64,000 nucleotides of DNA from Flavobacteriales bacterium (GCA_018647945.1 JABGSE010000041.1:5010-69009), one strand, 5' to 3'; shown: positions 8,220-18,536, counted from the stretch's first letter. Made by a program: numbers and translations. The notes: generated by a model from the sequence alone, not told the origin.

Positions 8220-10124
8220 TTACTCAATTACTTTGTATTTGTTTTTATCTTTACAAATGGTATTGTGTTCCACCATAAATTGAATCACTTTAATAATTTT
8301 ATCTTCGTTGTGAGAGCTTAATTCCGTGCAGATTTCTTTAATATTTAGCATTTTTACCTGCAGAATTTTTAAAACAGATTTTGATATATTTGAGTACTCT
8401 AAATCAGAAATTTCAAGTTTGTTCCTCTCTCGGCAAATATCGCATTTACCACAGCGAATTTTTTGTTCTTCTCCAAAATAGTCCAATAAAATTTTTGTTC
8501 TACAATCTGTATTCTGACTCACATAATTTATTATTGACTTCATTTTATCTACTTCAGAATTCTGTCTTTCTTCAAGTTTCTTTTCAGAAACAGATAAAAA
8601 TTTAGGATCTACTCTGTTTTGGAGGTATAAAATTTTGAAATTTTCATTTTGAGGAACATATTTTATGATTTCAAGTTCTTCTAATTTTGATAGGATATCT
8701 TTTGCTTTTTCTATTGTTATTTTTGCTCTTGCTGCTATTGTTACTTCATTTATTGTTACATAATTGTCAAATAACCCGCTATAGGACCGTAATAATATTT
8801 TAATAAAACCATCAAAAAATTGATTGGCTATTTGAAATTTATACAAATCAGTATTACTTACACAAATGTTGATTTTGGATGGTGTATTAAAAGCATCATT
8901 CAATTTTAAATATTCTTCTTTCTCTAGATATTTAAGAATATTATATGCTTTTAGGGAATGGATATTGTATCGTTTACCAAAATCTGTTATGTCAAATTCG
9001 AAACTTTCATCAAGTCCATTGTTTACGGCCAAATGAAAATAATTTGCCAAATTTTGGTAACAATCTTTTATTTCGGTTACTGATAAAAAGTGTAATGAAA
9101 CAAAATCTTTTAGTTTTTTAATATCAGAATTGTTGTAAAGTAATATTGCAAAAGCATGTTTTTCATCTCTGCCCGTTCTTCCTGCTTCTTGAAAATAAGC
9201 TTCAATAGTAGATGGAAGGTGTAAATGAATAACCAGACGAACATTTGATTTATCAATTCCCATTCCAAATGCATTGGTAGCCACCATTACCCTTGTTGTG
9301 TTATTTTTCCAGTTTAGCTGCCTTTCTTTTCTGTTTTTCAAGCTTACTCCAGCGTGGTAGTAATTTGTATCTATCTCATTTTCTTTCAGAAACTTTGTCA
9401 ATATCTCACATTCTCTACGAGTTTGAACATAAATAATTGTACTTCCTTTTACTTTGGAAAGTATGCTGATGAGTTTTGAATTTTTATCATTTTCATTTAT
9501 TACTACATAGGATAAATTTTCCCTTTCAAAAGAGGATTGAACTATGTTTTCTGATTCAAAATTTAAGTTTTTTTGGATGTCAGTAACTACATTTCTGGTA
9601 GCTGTGGCGGTAAGTGCCAAAACAGATACTTCTGGAAAGAGTTCTCTCAAATCAGATATTTTTCTGTAAGATGGCCTAAAATCGTGTCCCCATTCTGAAA
9701 TACAATGAGCCTCATCCACCGATATTAAATTTACATTCATTTCAGAAAGCTTACTTTTTACCAACTGATTTTGAAGTCTTTCAGGAGAAAGGTATAAGAA
9801 TTTATAACCTCCAAAAATACAATTTGTTAGTGCAATGTCCAATTCTTTATAATTCATTTCGGAAGTAATGGCAATTGCTTTAATTCCTTTTTCTTTTAAA
9901 GTACTAACTTGATCGTTCATCAAAGCAATTAGTGGAGAAATAACAATGCAAATTCCATCTTTAATTAGAGAGGGAATCTGATAGCAAATTGATTTCCCTC
10001 CTCCTGTAGGGAGAAGTGCTAAAGTGTCCTTTCCATCTAAGGCCATCTCAATTATTTCTTCCTGATTTGTCCGGAATTTTGAGAATCCCCAATATTTTAA
10101 TAGTATTTCTTTTGCGCTCGCCAT
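8220..10124 (-). CDS. recQ: RecQ family ATP-dependent DNA helicase
   Basis: Walker A PTGGGKSICYQ, DEAH box DEAHCISEWGHDFRPSY, ALTATAT, YFQEAGRTGRD, and a C-terminal Cys cluster CGKCDIC. Confidence 0.9.
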   Translation of the reverse strand: MASAKEILLKYWGFSKFRTNQEEIIEMALDGKDTLALLPTGGGKSICYQIPSLIKDGICIVISPLIALMNDQVSTLKEKGIKAIAITSEMNYKELDIALTNCIFGGYKFLYLSPERLQNQLVKSKLSEMNVNLISVDEAHCISEWGHDFRPSYRKISDLRELFPEVSVLALTATATRNVVTDIQKNLNFESENIVQSSFERENLSYVVINENDKNSKLISILSKVKGSTIIYVQTRRECEILTKFLKENEIDTNYYHAGVSLKNRKERQLNWKNNTTRVMVATNAFGMGIDKSNVRLVIHLHLPSTIEAYFQEAGRTGRDEKHAFAILLYNNSDIKKLKDFVSLHFLSVTEIKDCYQNLANYFHLAVNNGLDESFEFDITDFGKRYNIHSLKAYNILKYLEKEEYLKLNDAFNTPSKINICVSNTDLYKFQIANQFFDGFIKILLRSYSGLFDNYVTINEVTIAARAKITIEKAKDILSKLEELEIIKYVPQNENFKILYLQNRVDPKFLSVSEKKLEERQNSEVDKMKSIINYVSQNTDCRTKILLDYFGEEQKIRCGKCDICRERNKLEISDLEYSNISKSVLKILQVKMLNIKEICTELSSHNEDKIIKVIQFMVEHNTICKDKNKYKVIE

Positions 10125-10135
10125 TTAGTACGAAA

Positions 10136-10166
10136 ATAAAAAAAAGCCCTCAAAAGAGAGGGCTTT
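10136..10166 (-). terminator. rho-independent terminator after the 10192..11847 gene
   Basis: 9-bp stem AAAGCCCTC/GAGGGCTTT (10143-10151 and 10158-10166) with a 6-nt loop. On the minus strand it is followed by a T-run (plus-strand A-run 10136-10145). Confidence 0.7.
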
Positions 10167-10191
10167 AATTATTATTTAATTTAAAACTCTG

Positions 10192-11847
10192 TTATTCAAC
10201 TATTAACTTTCTTTTAATAGATGTTTTATCAGAACTAATTTCCAGAATATAGATTCCTTTGTCTAAGTTAGAAACATTAAGATTAGCTTTCATAGAATTT
10301 ACATTTTCTGATTTTACTAATTGACCAGCAATATTGTAAATTTCAACTGAGTTTATTACAAAGTTTGAATTTGTAATAGTAATATTGTTTTTAGCTGGGT
10401 TAGGAAAAATGTTTGTAGAATAATCAACAACATTATTTACAGATAACGCTCCTCCTAAATTAAGCACAACATATATTCTAGGATTTAAATAACCTTGAAT
10501 TGTATCAATATATGCTCTTCCTTTAGCTGCAGACATATCTGGATTTCCTAATAAAGAGTTTGCTGCTCCATAACCTGGAGGAGCACCATTCACAGCTTGA
10601 AACATTTGGTCATATGTAGTATTATCCCACCAATCCCAAGGAGCTCCTTGTTCTTCTTCCATTTCTCCAAATGCATTAGGTGTAGTAGATGGTGATGGAG
10701 TAACAAAAACATTTAATCCTTCATAACCACTATTATTTACATTTGCAGCTACTGTAAAAGGATCACCGTTAAAACTAAATCCTGCATTAATAAATGCATC
10801 ATTATTTCCATATTGATTAGAGTAATGTTGTACTGTTCTACTACCCATTACTTCTACTACAAAATCTCCTGTTGTAGGAACAATTACATCTCCAGTATCA
10901 ATTGGAGCGTATGGATCATTTGCACAATGAAATGAAACGATTGGTACATCTCCATCTTCTAACCATGAAATATCCGCAAGAGCTCCTCCAAGATTAAAAG
11001 CCATATTAATATCATTAGAATATTGTGGATGATTAGGAATATTTAATGGCATAGTAGAGTCAACTTGAAATCCTAGAAGATTTCCAGCAGTATCTAAAAT
11101 AGGAATAAGATTACCAAGTGTATCATATAGTGGAGCGAATGTTAAATCTGTTCCATCAATATTTCCAAAAAAGTATGGCACTACATATGGAGCTGGTGCT
11201 GAAGGATTTGAAAAGTCTATAAATTTTGGTAAATTTAGTTCTACACCAGCATTGTCAAGTGTAGCATACCCTAATGCAATATAAGCTCCTGTACCATGAC
11301 CTCCTAATACAATTTTATTAGGATCAATACCAAATGGATTTCCTAAATTCGCTTCAGTCATTCTCATAAATCTTACCATTGCTTTTGCATCTTGTATTCC
11401 TCTGTACGCAGCTTGTAGAAGGGTAGAGGTTCTTACATTTTGATCTGTAGATGTAGGGTTCCATCCTTTTCTATTTCCCATAGCAACTGCTACATATCCC
11501 TTTTTTGCCCATCTCATGCATTGTTCTACTATTGAAGAATCTTTTATTGACCCAGTAGGCTGTCCATTAGCTACAGGAGGTAAGAATGATCCAGTGTGAG
11601 AAACAATAATAACAGGCCTGTTAGTTAAAACATCTCCAATTGGTTGATAAATATCACACTCGATTGGTAGTAATGCAGGAGGCAATCCAAAAAGCATTGG
11701 CTCAATACTGACATTAAGTGCAAATGTATCTATTTCGCTTACATATACATCTGTAAACACCTCATCAAGGTATCTGTTTTGTGAATTAGCTGTAATTCCA
11801 ATAAATAATAGAGTTACTGCTAATAAATTTTGTAAAGTCTTTTTCAT
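10192..11847 (-). CDS. T9SS-secreted alpha/beta-hydrolase-like protein with degenerate nucleophile elbow and type-A CTD
   Basis: Signal peptide and esterase-like N-terminal layout (YLDEVF...DIYQP..RPVIIVSHTGSF). GGHGTGA (11284-11304) sits where GxSxG is expected. C-terminus NIFPNPAKNNITI...GIYILEISSDKTSIKRKLIVE looks like a Por-type sorting domain. Confidence 0.6.
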   Translation of the reverse strand: MKKTLQNLLAVTLLFIGITANSQNRYLDEVFTDVYVSEIDTFALNVSIEPMLFGLPPALLPIECDIYQPIGDVLTNRPVIIVSHTGSFLPPVANGQPTGSIKDSSIVEQCMRWAKKGYVAVAMGNRKGWNPTSTDQNVRTSTLLQAAYRGIQDAKAMVRFMRMTEANLGNPFGIDPNKIVLGGHGTGAYIALGYATLDNAGVELNLPKFIDFSNPSAPAPYVVPYFFGNIDGTDLTFAPLYDTLGNLIPILDTAGNLLGFQVDSTMPLNIPNHPQYSNDINMAFNLGGALADISWLEDGDVPIVSFHCANDPYAPIDTGDVIVPTTGDFVVEVMGSRTVQHYSNQYGNNDAFINAGFSFNGDPFTVAANVNNSGYEGLNVFVTPSPSTTPNAFGEMEEEQGAPWDWWDNTTYDQMFQAVNGAPPGYGAANSLLGNPDMSAAKGRAYIDTIQGYLNPRIYVVLNLGGALSVNNVVDYSTNIFPNPAKNNITITNSNFVINSVEIYNIAGQLVKSENVNSMKANLNVSNLDKGIYILEISSDKTSIKRKLIVE

Positions 11848-11887
11848 AATAATATAGTTTTGGTTTGAACTACAATATTAGTAAAAT

Positions 11888-14752
11888 TTATTTGAATTCA
11901 AAAAGAATTGATAGATAAGTCATTCTTCCAATAAAAGGTCCTCCATAAACTTCATAATGAAAATTGTTTAATAAATTAGAACTTCCTAACTTAAGAGTTG
12001 CCGAATATTTTGGAATTTTCTTACTGATTTGCATATCTAACAAATCGTAAGTTGGAACATCACCAGTGAATTGTGGAGATCCCTCATATTTAAATCCTTC
12101 AACCCATTTATAATTTATATTGAAAGCAAAATTTCTGAATATCATATGTTCCGAACTGAAATGTAAATCTCTTCCAGAAAATCCTAAATTGTATTTGTGT
12201 TCTGGAGTATTATATGCCGGAATAATTGGATCCTCTGTTCCTTTTTCATTTAATTTGTTCCAACTGTAATTCCCATTAAAAGTAAATTGAGGAGAAATAA
12301 AATAATTTAACCCAATTGAAGCTCCTTGAGTTGTAACTATATTTTCAGCATTAGCGGCCATTCGATATGCCTGAATAGAAGGTAGAGATATATTATACCC
12401 TCCATTTGATGTGTCAGATAGATACTTTACCCCAACTTTGTATCCAATAAAATCTGTGTATTCTGAGTAATAATAATTTGCATCAATGTAAACTCTGTCA
12501 AAAAGTGTTGTTCTAAATCCTAATTCAGCCGATTTAGCTTTCTCTGGACGTATTGGATCTACACTAAAGAATTTTAAACTATCTTGACTTCTATGTTCTA
12601 GTCTAGGTAGGTAATAATTAATTAATGATTGAACTGTTACTAAGTTTTCTCCATAATCTACTCCATGACCATTTAAATTTCCTATCAGAATAGCTCTACC
12701 AACATTGTAAAATAAATATTGATCGGAAAGTGTTGGGTTTCTTATTGCAGATGAGAATGAGAGACGAATAATATCTGTTTCTGTAACTTTATAAACCAAG
12801 GATGCTGCAGGTGAAAAGTTAAAATCAAAGTTCTCATTTTTATCCATTCTGAAGGTTCCATTTACTTTTAATTTATCAAAGTATAAATCTTTTTCAAAAC
12901 CAGAGTAAATACCATATTCTGTGTTAGATATTTTGGTGGAATCTGTATCCATAAAAATAGAACCTTTAGAATCAGGAGAATACAGACGGAAGTTAGCTCC
13001 AATTTTTATGTCAGCAAATTTAGGATGTAATTGGTATTCTGCATGCAAATGATTTAATGCAGATTTGTCGTAAAAACCTGTACCTCCTTCAATAGGAATT
13101 TTGGAAGTAATATCATTTAGTGCATTTTCAAATTCTTCAGTTCCAGGAATTAATCTATTTGTTTCTATATCTGTTTGAGATCTTGTTAAATCATGTAATG
13201 CAATAATTTCTTCTGCATTAGCATTGAGTACAGAATCAGTCAAATTTATCCAGTCAACAAGTTCAATTATTTCACCATTAAATGTATATTCTGCAACATA
13301 TGGAAAAGAGCTAATTATAGTAGTTTCAAAATTACTCCATCCTATATCTTCCAATGAAAAATTATTTTTCCAGTTGTTTTTGTAGGAGGTATACCAATCT
13401 TGATTTGAAATTAAATTATGCTCCTGTAATTTTATTGCGGTAAAAACAGCGTCATAACTATTTCCAGCATCTTCTTTAGAACGATACGCTCTTACAAAAA
13501 ACTGATCCTCTTTCTTTATTTCCATTATATTTTGGAAAAACTGAATATTTTTCAGACTAAAACGGTTGTCCCCCTGATATACTGTAGTTCCTGTTCCATA
13601 ATTGAATTTGTACATCATTTCAATGTCAGGTTTTATCTTATAGTGTAATGAAGATGAGAATTTCAAGTTATTGGTATTATAATCAACAATATCTTTTTCC
13701 ATATAGCCAGTTCGATAAAACACACCTAGTCCTCCAAAATCTTTATAATCATCTGCATCAATATCTCTAAGATCATTTAGATCTCCATCAGTATCTTCAT
13801 CTCCATATCTATTAACTGCATCATATCCTCCAGGATTATTTATATCTGCTTCCGTACCATCAACTTGCGCCATATTATCTGCTTCCCAATCATGAGCTTT
13901 CATATAAGAAAAATTAATTTTGTAGGCGAAAATATCTTCACCATTTTTATCCTTAAATTTTTCTGCTAATCTGATAATACTTTCAGATAAATTTCTACTT
14001 CCAAATTTTTGCTGAACACTTAACCCCTGATGTTGAAATGGATTTTTAGTATTCATTTTTATAACTCCATTAAATGCATTTGGCCCAAAATAAGCAGAAC
14101 TAGCGCCTTGTATAATCTCAACTTTTAAAATATCCAATTCGGAGGCTCCCAAAAAGTTTCCAAGTGAAAAGTTCATTCCAGGAGCTTGATTATCTACTCC
14201 ATCAATAATTTGTAAGGAACGAACAGGAGAGGTGCTGTTAAAACCTCTGGTATTTATAATTTTAAATCCCAAACTTGCAGCGGTTATATCAACACCTTTT
14301 AAGGCTCCCAATCCATCATAAAAATTAACGGAAGGTGTTTCTTTTATTGCCAGAATATCCATTGCTTCAATGGTGAGTGGGGATTCTTTTTGTTTTTGGG
14401 TTAATCTGGAATCTACAATTTTCACTTCCTTTATTAGTTTGTTGTCTGATTTTAAATAGATATTATAAAATCCATTTTTCTTTTGCCACTCTTCCTTTTT
14501 TATATTAATAATTTGTGTGGAGTATCCCATGTAAGAAACCGTTAGTTTTACAGGAAAATTTTCAGAAGGAATAGTTATTTCAAACTTTCCATTAAAATCG
14601 GTAGAAACACCAATGTTTTGTGTTTTCCAAACTACATTGGCACCTATTAATTCTTCTTTAGTAAGTTTATCGGAAATTTTACCTTTAACTATAATTTGTG
14701 AAAAACAAATTTGAGAAATAAGTAAAGAAAAAAGAAGTAAAAGTCTATTCAT
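11888..14752 (-). CDS. TonB-dependent outer-membrane receptor with N-terminal carboxypeptidase-regulatory-like domain
   Basis: 954 aa with signal peptide. VKGKISDKLTKEELIGANVVW is a CarbopepD_reg-like start. Plug-like region DGVDNQAPGMNF, then a long beta-barrel-like body rich in alternating aromatic residues. Confidence 0.85.
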   Translation of the reverse strand: MNRLLLLFSLLISQICFSQIIVKGKISDKLTKEELIGANVVWKTQNIGVSTDFNGKFEITIPSENFPVKLTVSYMGYSTQIINIKKEEWQKKNGFYNIYLKSDNKLIKEVKIVDSRLTQKQKESPLTIEAMDILAIKETPSVNFYDGLGALKGVDITAASLGFKIINTRGFNSTSPVRSLQIIDGVDNQAPGMNFSLGNFLGASELDILKVEIIQGASSAYFGPNAFNGVIKMNTKNPFQHQGLSVQQKFGSRNLSESIIRLAEKFKDKNGEDIFAYKINFSYMKAHDWEADNMAQVDGTEADINNPGGYDAVNRYGDEDTDGDLNDLRDIDADDYKDFGGLGVFYRTGYMEKDIVDYNTNNLKFSSSLHYKIKPDIEMMYKFNYGTGTTVYQGDNRFSLKNIQFFQNIMEIKKEDQFFVRAYRSKEDAGNSYDAVFTAIKLQEHNLISNQDWYTSYKNNWKNNFSLEDIGWSNFETTIISSFPYVAEYTFNGEIIELVDWINLTDSVLNANAEEIIALHDLTRSQTDIETNRLIPGTEEFENALNDITSKIPIEGGTGFYDKSALNHLHAEYQLHPKFADIKIGANFRLYSPDSKGSIFMDTDSTKISNTEYGIYSGFEKDLYFDKLKVNGTFRMDKNENFDFNFSPAASLVYKVTETDIIRLSFSSAIRNPTLSDQYLFYNVGRAILIGNLNGHGVDYGENLVTVQSLINYYLPRLEHRSQDSLKFFSVDPIRPEKAKSAELGFRTTLFDRVYIDANYYYSEYTDFIGYKVGVKYLSDTSNGGYNISLPSIQAYRMAANAENIVTTQGASIGLNYFISPQFTFNGNYSWNKLNEKGTEDPIIPAYNTPEHKYNLGFSGRDLHFSSEHMIFRNFAFNINYKWVEGFKYEGSPQFTGDVPTYDLLDMQISKKIPKYSATLKLGSSNLLNNFHYEVYGGPFIGRMTYLSILFEFK

Positions 14753-14788
14753 AAAAATAATTTCTATTATTTCGCAATATACTATTTT

Positions 14789-15598
14789 ATGAGCAAATAT
14801 ATATTACATAATTCTGATTTATTGAGGGGAAAAGACTTCTCTTTGAAAATAAATAACCGTTCTTTTCTGTATGCAGATGGTTTTTTTGAAAGTATAAAAG
14901 TAATAAATTCTAATTGTTTTAATTTAGAATCCCATTTTAATAGAATTATAAATACTGCAGAATTTTTTAAAATGGATATTTGTTTCTCCTTTTCAGAACT
15001 TAAAAATTTACTAGATATATTAATAAGGGAAAATGAAATTTTAGGAGGGAGAATGAGAATGGTTTTCTATAGAGAATCTGATGGAAAATATTTCCCAATA
15101 GAAAATAAGATAGGCTTTGTAGCAGAAATTGAAAAATCAGAAAACAGTTTTACATTAAATGAAAATGGACTGAAATTGGGACTCTTTACAGAGATGAGAA
15201 AAGATAAAAGTAAGTTTTCTAATTATAAAACTACTAATGCAGCTATTTATGTTTTGGCTTCTATTTACGCAAAAGAGAATATTTGGGACGATTGTTTACT
15301 GTTAAATTCTGAAAATAACATTATTGAAAGTTCTAATTCTAACTTGTTTATTGTAAAAAAGAATAGAATAATTACTCCACCAATTACAGATGGATGTGTA
15401 GATGGAACAATGAGAAGTTTTATAAAAAGTCAGTTTGATGTTCACGAAAAATCTATTACAAAAGAGGATTTGTTTTCTGCAGATGAAGTTTTTCTGAGCA
15501 ACGCAATTGAAGGTGTAAAATGGATAGAAAGTTTTGAGGAAAAAAAATACCAATCCTACAAAATTGCAAGATTGGTATTTAATAAATTGAATACTTAA
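14789..15598 (+). CDS. class IV aminotransferase / aminodeoxychorismate lyase-like protein
   Basis: 269 aa, fold-type IV-like strings (YADGFFESIKV, ESSNSNLFIVKKNRIITPP, DGTMR). Confidence 0.7.
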   Translation: MSKYILHNSDLLRGKDFSLKINNRSFLYADGFFESIKVINSNCFNLESHFNRIINTAEFFKMDICFSFSELKNLLDILIRENEILGGRMRMVFYRESDGKYFPIENKIGFVAEIEKSENSFTLNENGLKLGLFTEMRKDKSKFSNYKTTNAAIYVLASIYAKENIWDDCLLLNSENNIIESSNSNLFIVKKNRIITPPITDGCVDGTMRSFIKSQFDVHEKSITKEDLFSADEVFLSNAIEGVKWIESFEEKKYQSYKIARLVFNKLNT

Positions 15599-15599
15599 T

Positions 15600-16223
15600 T
15601 TACTTCTTAATATTCTTTACAATATTCTTAATTTTCTTTTTAGAAATAATTGAAGATTGATTTTCTCCCACTTTTTTACTTACATTATTTGTGGTAAATC
15701 CATTCTCATCTCTAGTATGATCAGCTGTGAAAATAAAGTCTATATCAAAATCAATTCCCATATCATTAATAATTTGGCTCCCAACAACTTTATGTACTAA
15801 ATTTGTTTTTGTTACAGATATTATTTCTCCAACAATTACTGTATCTGTTGTTACGGTTACAGTAGTTCCTGATTGAGCCCAAGTACCATCATCAACAAGA
15901 TTATTGTTGTTGTCCCATGCGTTAAAATCACCATTGTCCCAGAATTTTTGTGTCACAGTCTCCATTGAATCTTTATTTGTTTCTGTTTCTGTCCAAGTTG
16001 AATCCATAACGACCATTCCTCCCATAGTAACTACCATGTGAATATCAACTACTTCAGAGTTAGTAATCCAAGATCCACCTACAATCCCATAAGTGCAATT
16101 TCCTTCATCTACTTCTGCATCTGGGTTGTAATTAGTTGCAATAGTATCCATACAACCTTCTTCCTTTTTACATGCCGTAAACAGAATAGAAACAGCAAAT
16201 AGTGCGTAAATTATTTTTTTCAT
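15600..16223 (-). CDS. lipoprotein with the 20-aa Cys-bounded module and a lipocalin-like body
   Basis: Signal peptide plus lipobox (ILFTAC), then GCMDTIATNYNPDAEVDEGNC at 16095-16154. Ends in a K-rich tail. Confidence 0.6.
   Translation of the reverse strand: MKKIIYALFAVSILFTACKKEEGCMDTIATNYNPDAEVDEGNCTYGIVGGSWITNSEVVDIHMVVTMGGMVVMDSTWTETETNKDSMETVTQKFWDNGDFNAWDNNNNLVDDGTWAQSGTTVTVTTDTVIVGEIISVTKTNLVHKVVGSQIINDMGIDFDIDFIFTADHTRDENGFTTNNVSKKVGENQSSIISKKKIKNIVKNIKK
16095..16154 (-). other. 20-aa Cys-to-Cys module, copy 2 (CMDTIATNYNPDAEVDEGNC)
   Basis: Direct translation. It begins 6 residues after the lipobox Cys. Confidence 0.7.
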
Positions 16224-16247
16224 TTTTTCATTTTAGTTAATATGGCG

Positions 16248-16255
16248 CAAAAATA
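16248..16255 (-). promoter_or_regulatory. -7 promoter box (TATTTTTG on minus strand) for the 15600..16223 lipoprotein gene
   Basis: Plus-strand CAAAAATA, 24 nt upstream of the ATG at 16223. Confidence 0.4.
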
Positions 16256-16319
16256 ACTTTTTAATTAGAAATACTCTGATAAGCATAGTATTCTTTTTTT
16301 ACTAAATAAAATTAGAGTT

Positions 16320-16781
16320 CTATAGTAAGTCAAATTGGCTTAAATGATGCGTAAAATGTTTCCTTTGGAATAGTAACCATTGCTCCGAATTCAACTCCCC
16401 GAAAAATGGATGTATGGATTTAAAACCACTATTTTTAGTTAAGAAGGTTAACATAATTCTTGTAGAATTTATTAACTCTGTTTTTAATTCTTCTATGTTT
16501 TCTGAAATACCATCCTTAAAATTATAACCAATATCTTTTGGTATTTCTATTCCTCTACTAATGGCTTTATCACTATGTAAAAAGGCAATGGCTTTTTCTA
16601 TGTTTTTTTCTTTTACTATTAATTTGGTATTTTCTAAATGAATCATTTTACTACTCTGTATCAAATGCTTTAGCATTTTTTTAGGAGTCATTTTTCCCCA
16701 TTCAGCTTTACTGTCTTTTTTTAAGTTTCCTAAAGCAGAAATTAGGGTAGAGGTAAAGAATTTATTCAGTTTTCTTTCCAT
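16320..16781 (-). CDS. DinB-superfamily protein (DUF1569-like)
   Basis: 153 aa. C-terminal HPFFGELNSEQWLLFQRKHFTHHLSQF resembles DUF1569/DinB helical-bundle proteins. Overlaps rlmF by 20 nt. Confidence 0.55.
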   Translation of the reverse strand: MERKLNKFFTSTLISALGNLKKDSKAEWGKMTPKKMLKHLIQSSKMIHLENTKLIVKEKNIEKAIAFLHSDKAISRGIEIPKDIGYNFKDGISENIEELKTELINSTRIMLTFLTKNSGFKSIHPFFGELNSEQWLLFQRKHFTHHLSQFDLL

Positions 16782-17697
16782 ATTTTTGTTCTCTTTTTGT
16801 CATAAAAGTCCAAGCTATAATTCTGCTTTTTTTGTTTGCTGTTCCTATTTCAATTTCTTTTATCTGATGTACTTTTAATCTCTTTAAATTAATGTAAATT
16901 CCATGTAAATTCTTTTTCTTGGAAACTAAAGTGCTGAACCATACACATTTATTGGCGTATTTAGCACTTTCCTTTATCATGTTTTGTATAAATTGATATT
17001 CCCCCCCCTCATATATTAACTCTTCTGATACTCCAGAAAAGTTCAGTTTTGGGTTTTTGTGATATTTTCCTGTTAAGTTTCTTACTTTTTGCCTTGAACC
17101 TTCCAAAGCTTCTTTTTTGGAAGCATGAAATGGAGGATTACAAATTGTTATCTCAATAGTATCCTCTTCTTTAATAATATCTTCAAATATTTTAGTACTG
17201 TCATTCTGAAAACGAAAATCAACCTTTCCTTTTAAGTTAGGGTTAGAACTGATTATTTTTTTAGCAGTTGCAACAGATTTCCTGTCAATTTCAGAAGCAA
17301 TAAAGTTCCAATTGTATTCTGTTATACCAATAATAGGGTAAATACAACTTGCTCCTACACCAACATCTAAGCAGTTTATAGTTTTTCCTTTTCTCATACT
17401 TTCTTTTAATAAATCAGATATATGATGAATGTAATCGGCACGGCCTGGTATTGGTGGACATAAATTAGTGTCAGGAAATTTCCAAAACTTAACATCATAA
17501 TAATGGCTTAATAAAGCTTTGTTAAGTAGTTTTACAGCTATTGGATCAGAGAAGTCAACAGTTTTTTCCCCATCTTTATTTTTCTTTACATACTTCTCTA
17601 ACTCAGGAGTTTCTTTTATTAATGCAAGTAAATCGTATTGCTCTCTATTTTTGTTGTTAGGGTGTAATGTTGTTTTTGTTTTTTTGAGTGCTGTCAT
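16762..17697 (-). CDS. rlmF: 23S rRNA (adenine1618-N6)-methyltransferase
   Basis: 311 aa with LCPPIPGRADYIHHI, LDVGVGASCIYP SAM motif and the NPPFH catalytic motif. Confidence 0.85.
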   Translation of the reverse strand: MTALKKTKTTLHPNNKNREQYDLLALIKETPELEKYVKKNKDGEKTVDFSDPIAVKLLNKALLSHYYDVKFWKFPDTNLCPPIPGRADYIHHISDLLKESMRKGKTINCLDVGVGASCIYPIIGITEYNWNFIASEIDRKSVATAKKIISSNPNLKGKVDFRFQNDSTKIFEDIIKEEDTIEITICNPPFHASKKEALEGSRQKVRNLTGKYHKNPKLNFSGVSEELIYEGGEYQFIQNMIKESAKYANKCVWFSTLVSKKKNLHGIYINLKRLKVHQIKEIEIGTANKKSRIIAWTFMTKREQKYGKKTE

Positions 17698-17741
17698 TTT
17701 TTATAAAATAGAAATTAGAGTGGTGAAAAAATTATTTATTT

Positions 17742-18050
17742 TTAGAGACAAATCCAAAAAGTGCGAATATCTGCAGTTCCATCTCCATCAAGATCTTCTG
17801 TGCTTTCTTCATTTTCTATATTGGTTAATGAACTATCACAATATTGTCCTGGAGATTCATGAGTAACCGCAAAATATTCATCATAATCGGAGTAACCGAC
17901 ATCAACCCCTATCTCATCAAGCTCAGTAATGCTCAGAGAAGAATTATTTGTTACTTCAAAACTCATTTCACAACTTTTGCACATGTCTGTTTCACAGGAA
18001 GTAAAAATAAATCCTACTGATACAGTAAGTAAAAATAGTTTTGTTTTCAT
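17742..18050 (-). CDS. small acidic lipoprotein, function unknown
   Basis: Signal peptide plus lipobox (FIFTSC). Contains a DxDxDG-like string, DLDGDGTAD. Confidence 0.5.
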   Translation of the reverse strand: MKTKLFLLTVSVGFIFTSCETDMCKSCEMSFEVTNNSSLSITELDEIGVDVGYSDYDEYFAVTHESPGQYCDSSLTNIENEESTEDLDGDGTADIRTFWICL

Positions 18051-18056
18051 GTTATT

Positions 18057-18362
18057 CTATAAGTTTGAGAAATAACTCTCTAAGTCATCTCCCATTTTCT
18101 TTACTATTTCTTCAAGTAGTGTATTTTTCTTGTGTGTCCAGGATAATTCATGAATACCTATAAATTCTTTAGGTATTGCTTGTGGATTTGGTCTTGAATA
18201 CCAATTCAATTTGAATGAATCGGATCCTTTCCATATTGTAAAGTGAGTTTCTCCACCTGCGTTACACCTTCCTATTCGTATGAAATTATAATTTTCATCA
18301 AGAATTTCTCCCTTTTCTAGTAAGAAGTTTATTAATTCTTGATATTCATTTTTTGGAAACAT
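18057..18362 (-). CDS. hypothetical cytoplasmic protein
   Basis: 101-aa ORF with no signal peptide and no motif I recognise. Sits 6 nt upstream of the next minus-strand gene. Confidence 0.4.
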   Translation of the reverse strand: MFPKNEYQELINFLLEKGEILDENYNFIRIGRCNAGGETHFTIWKGSDSFKLNWYSRPNPQAIPKEFIGIHELSWTHKKNTLLEEIVKKMGDDLESYFSNL

Positions 18363-18499
18363 AATTATTTGTTTGATTAATATTAGAATTTAGTTCTAGG
18401 AATATAATTTAAAGAGTGATTATTTATTATAATTTTTTTTAGGTCTCTTTAACAAACACAAAAATAATAGTTTTTTATTAACATTAAGATATTTATTAT

Positions 18500-18507
18500 T
18501 ATTTTTG
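18500..18507 (+). promoter_or_regulatory. -7 promoter box (TATTTTTG) upstream of an unlisted small ORF
   Basis: Exact TAnnTTTG, 29 nt upstream of the ATG at 18537. Confidence 0.35.
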
Positions 18508-18536
18508 AAACTTTCTTAATTTAAAGATTAAAAATT

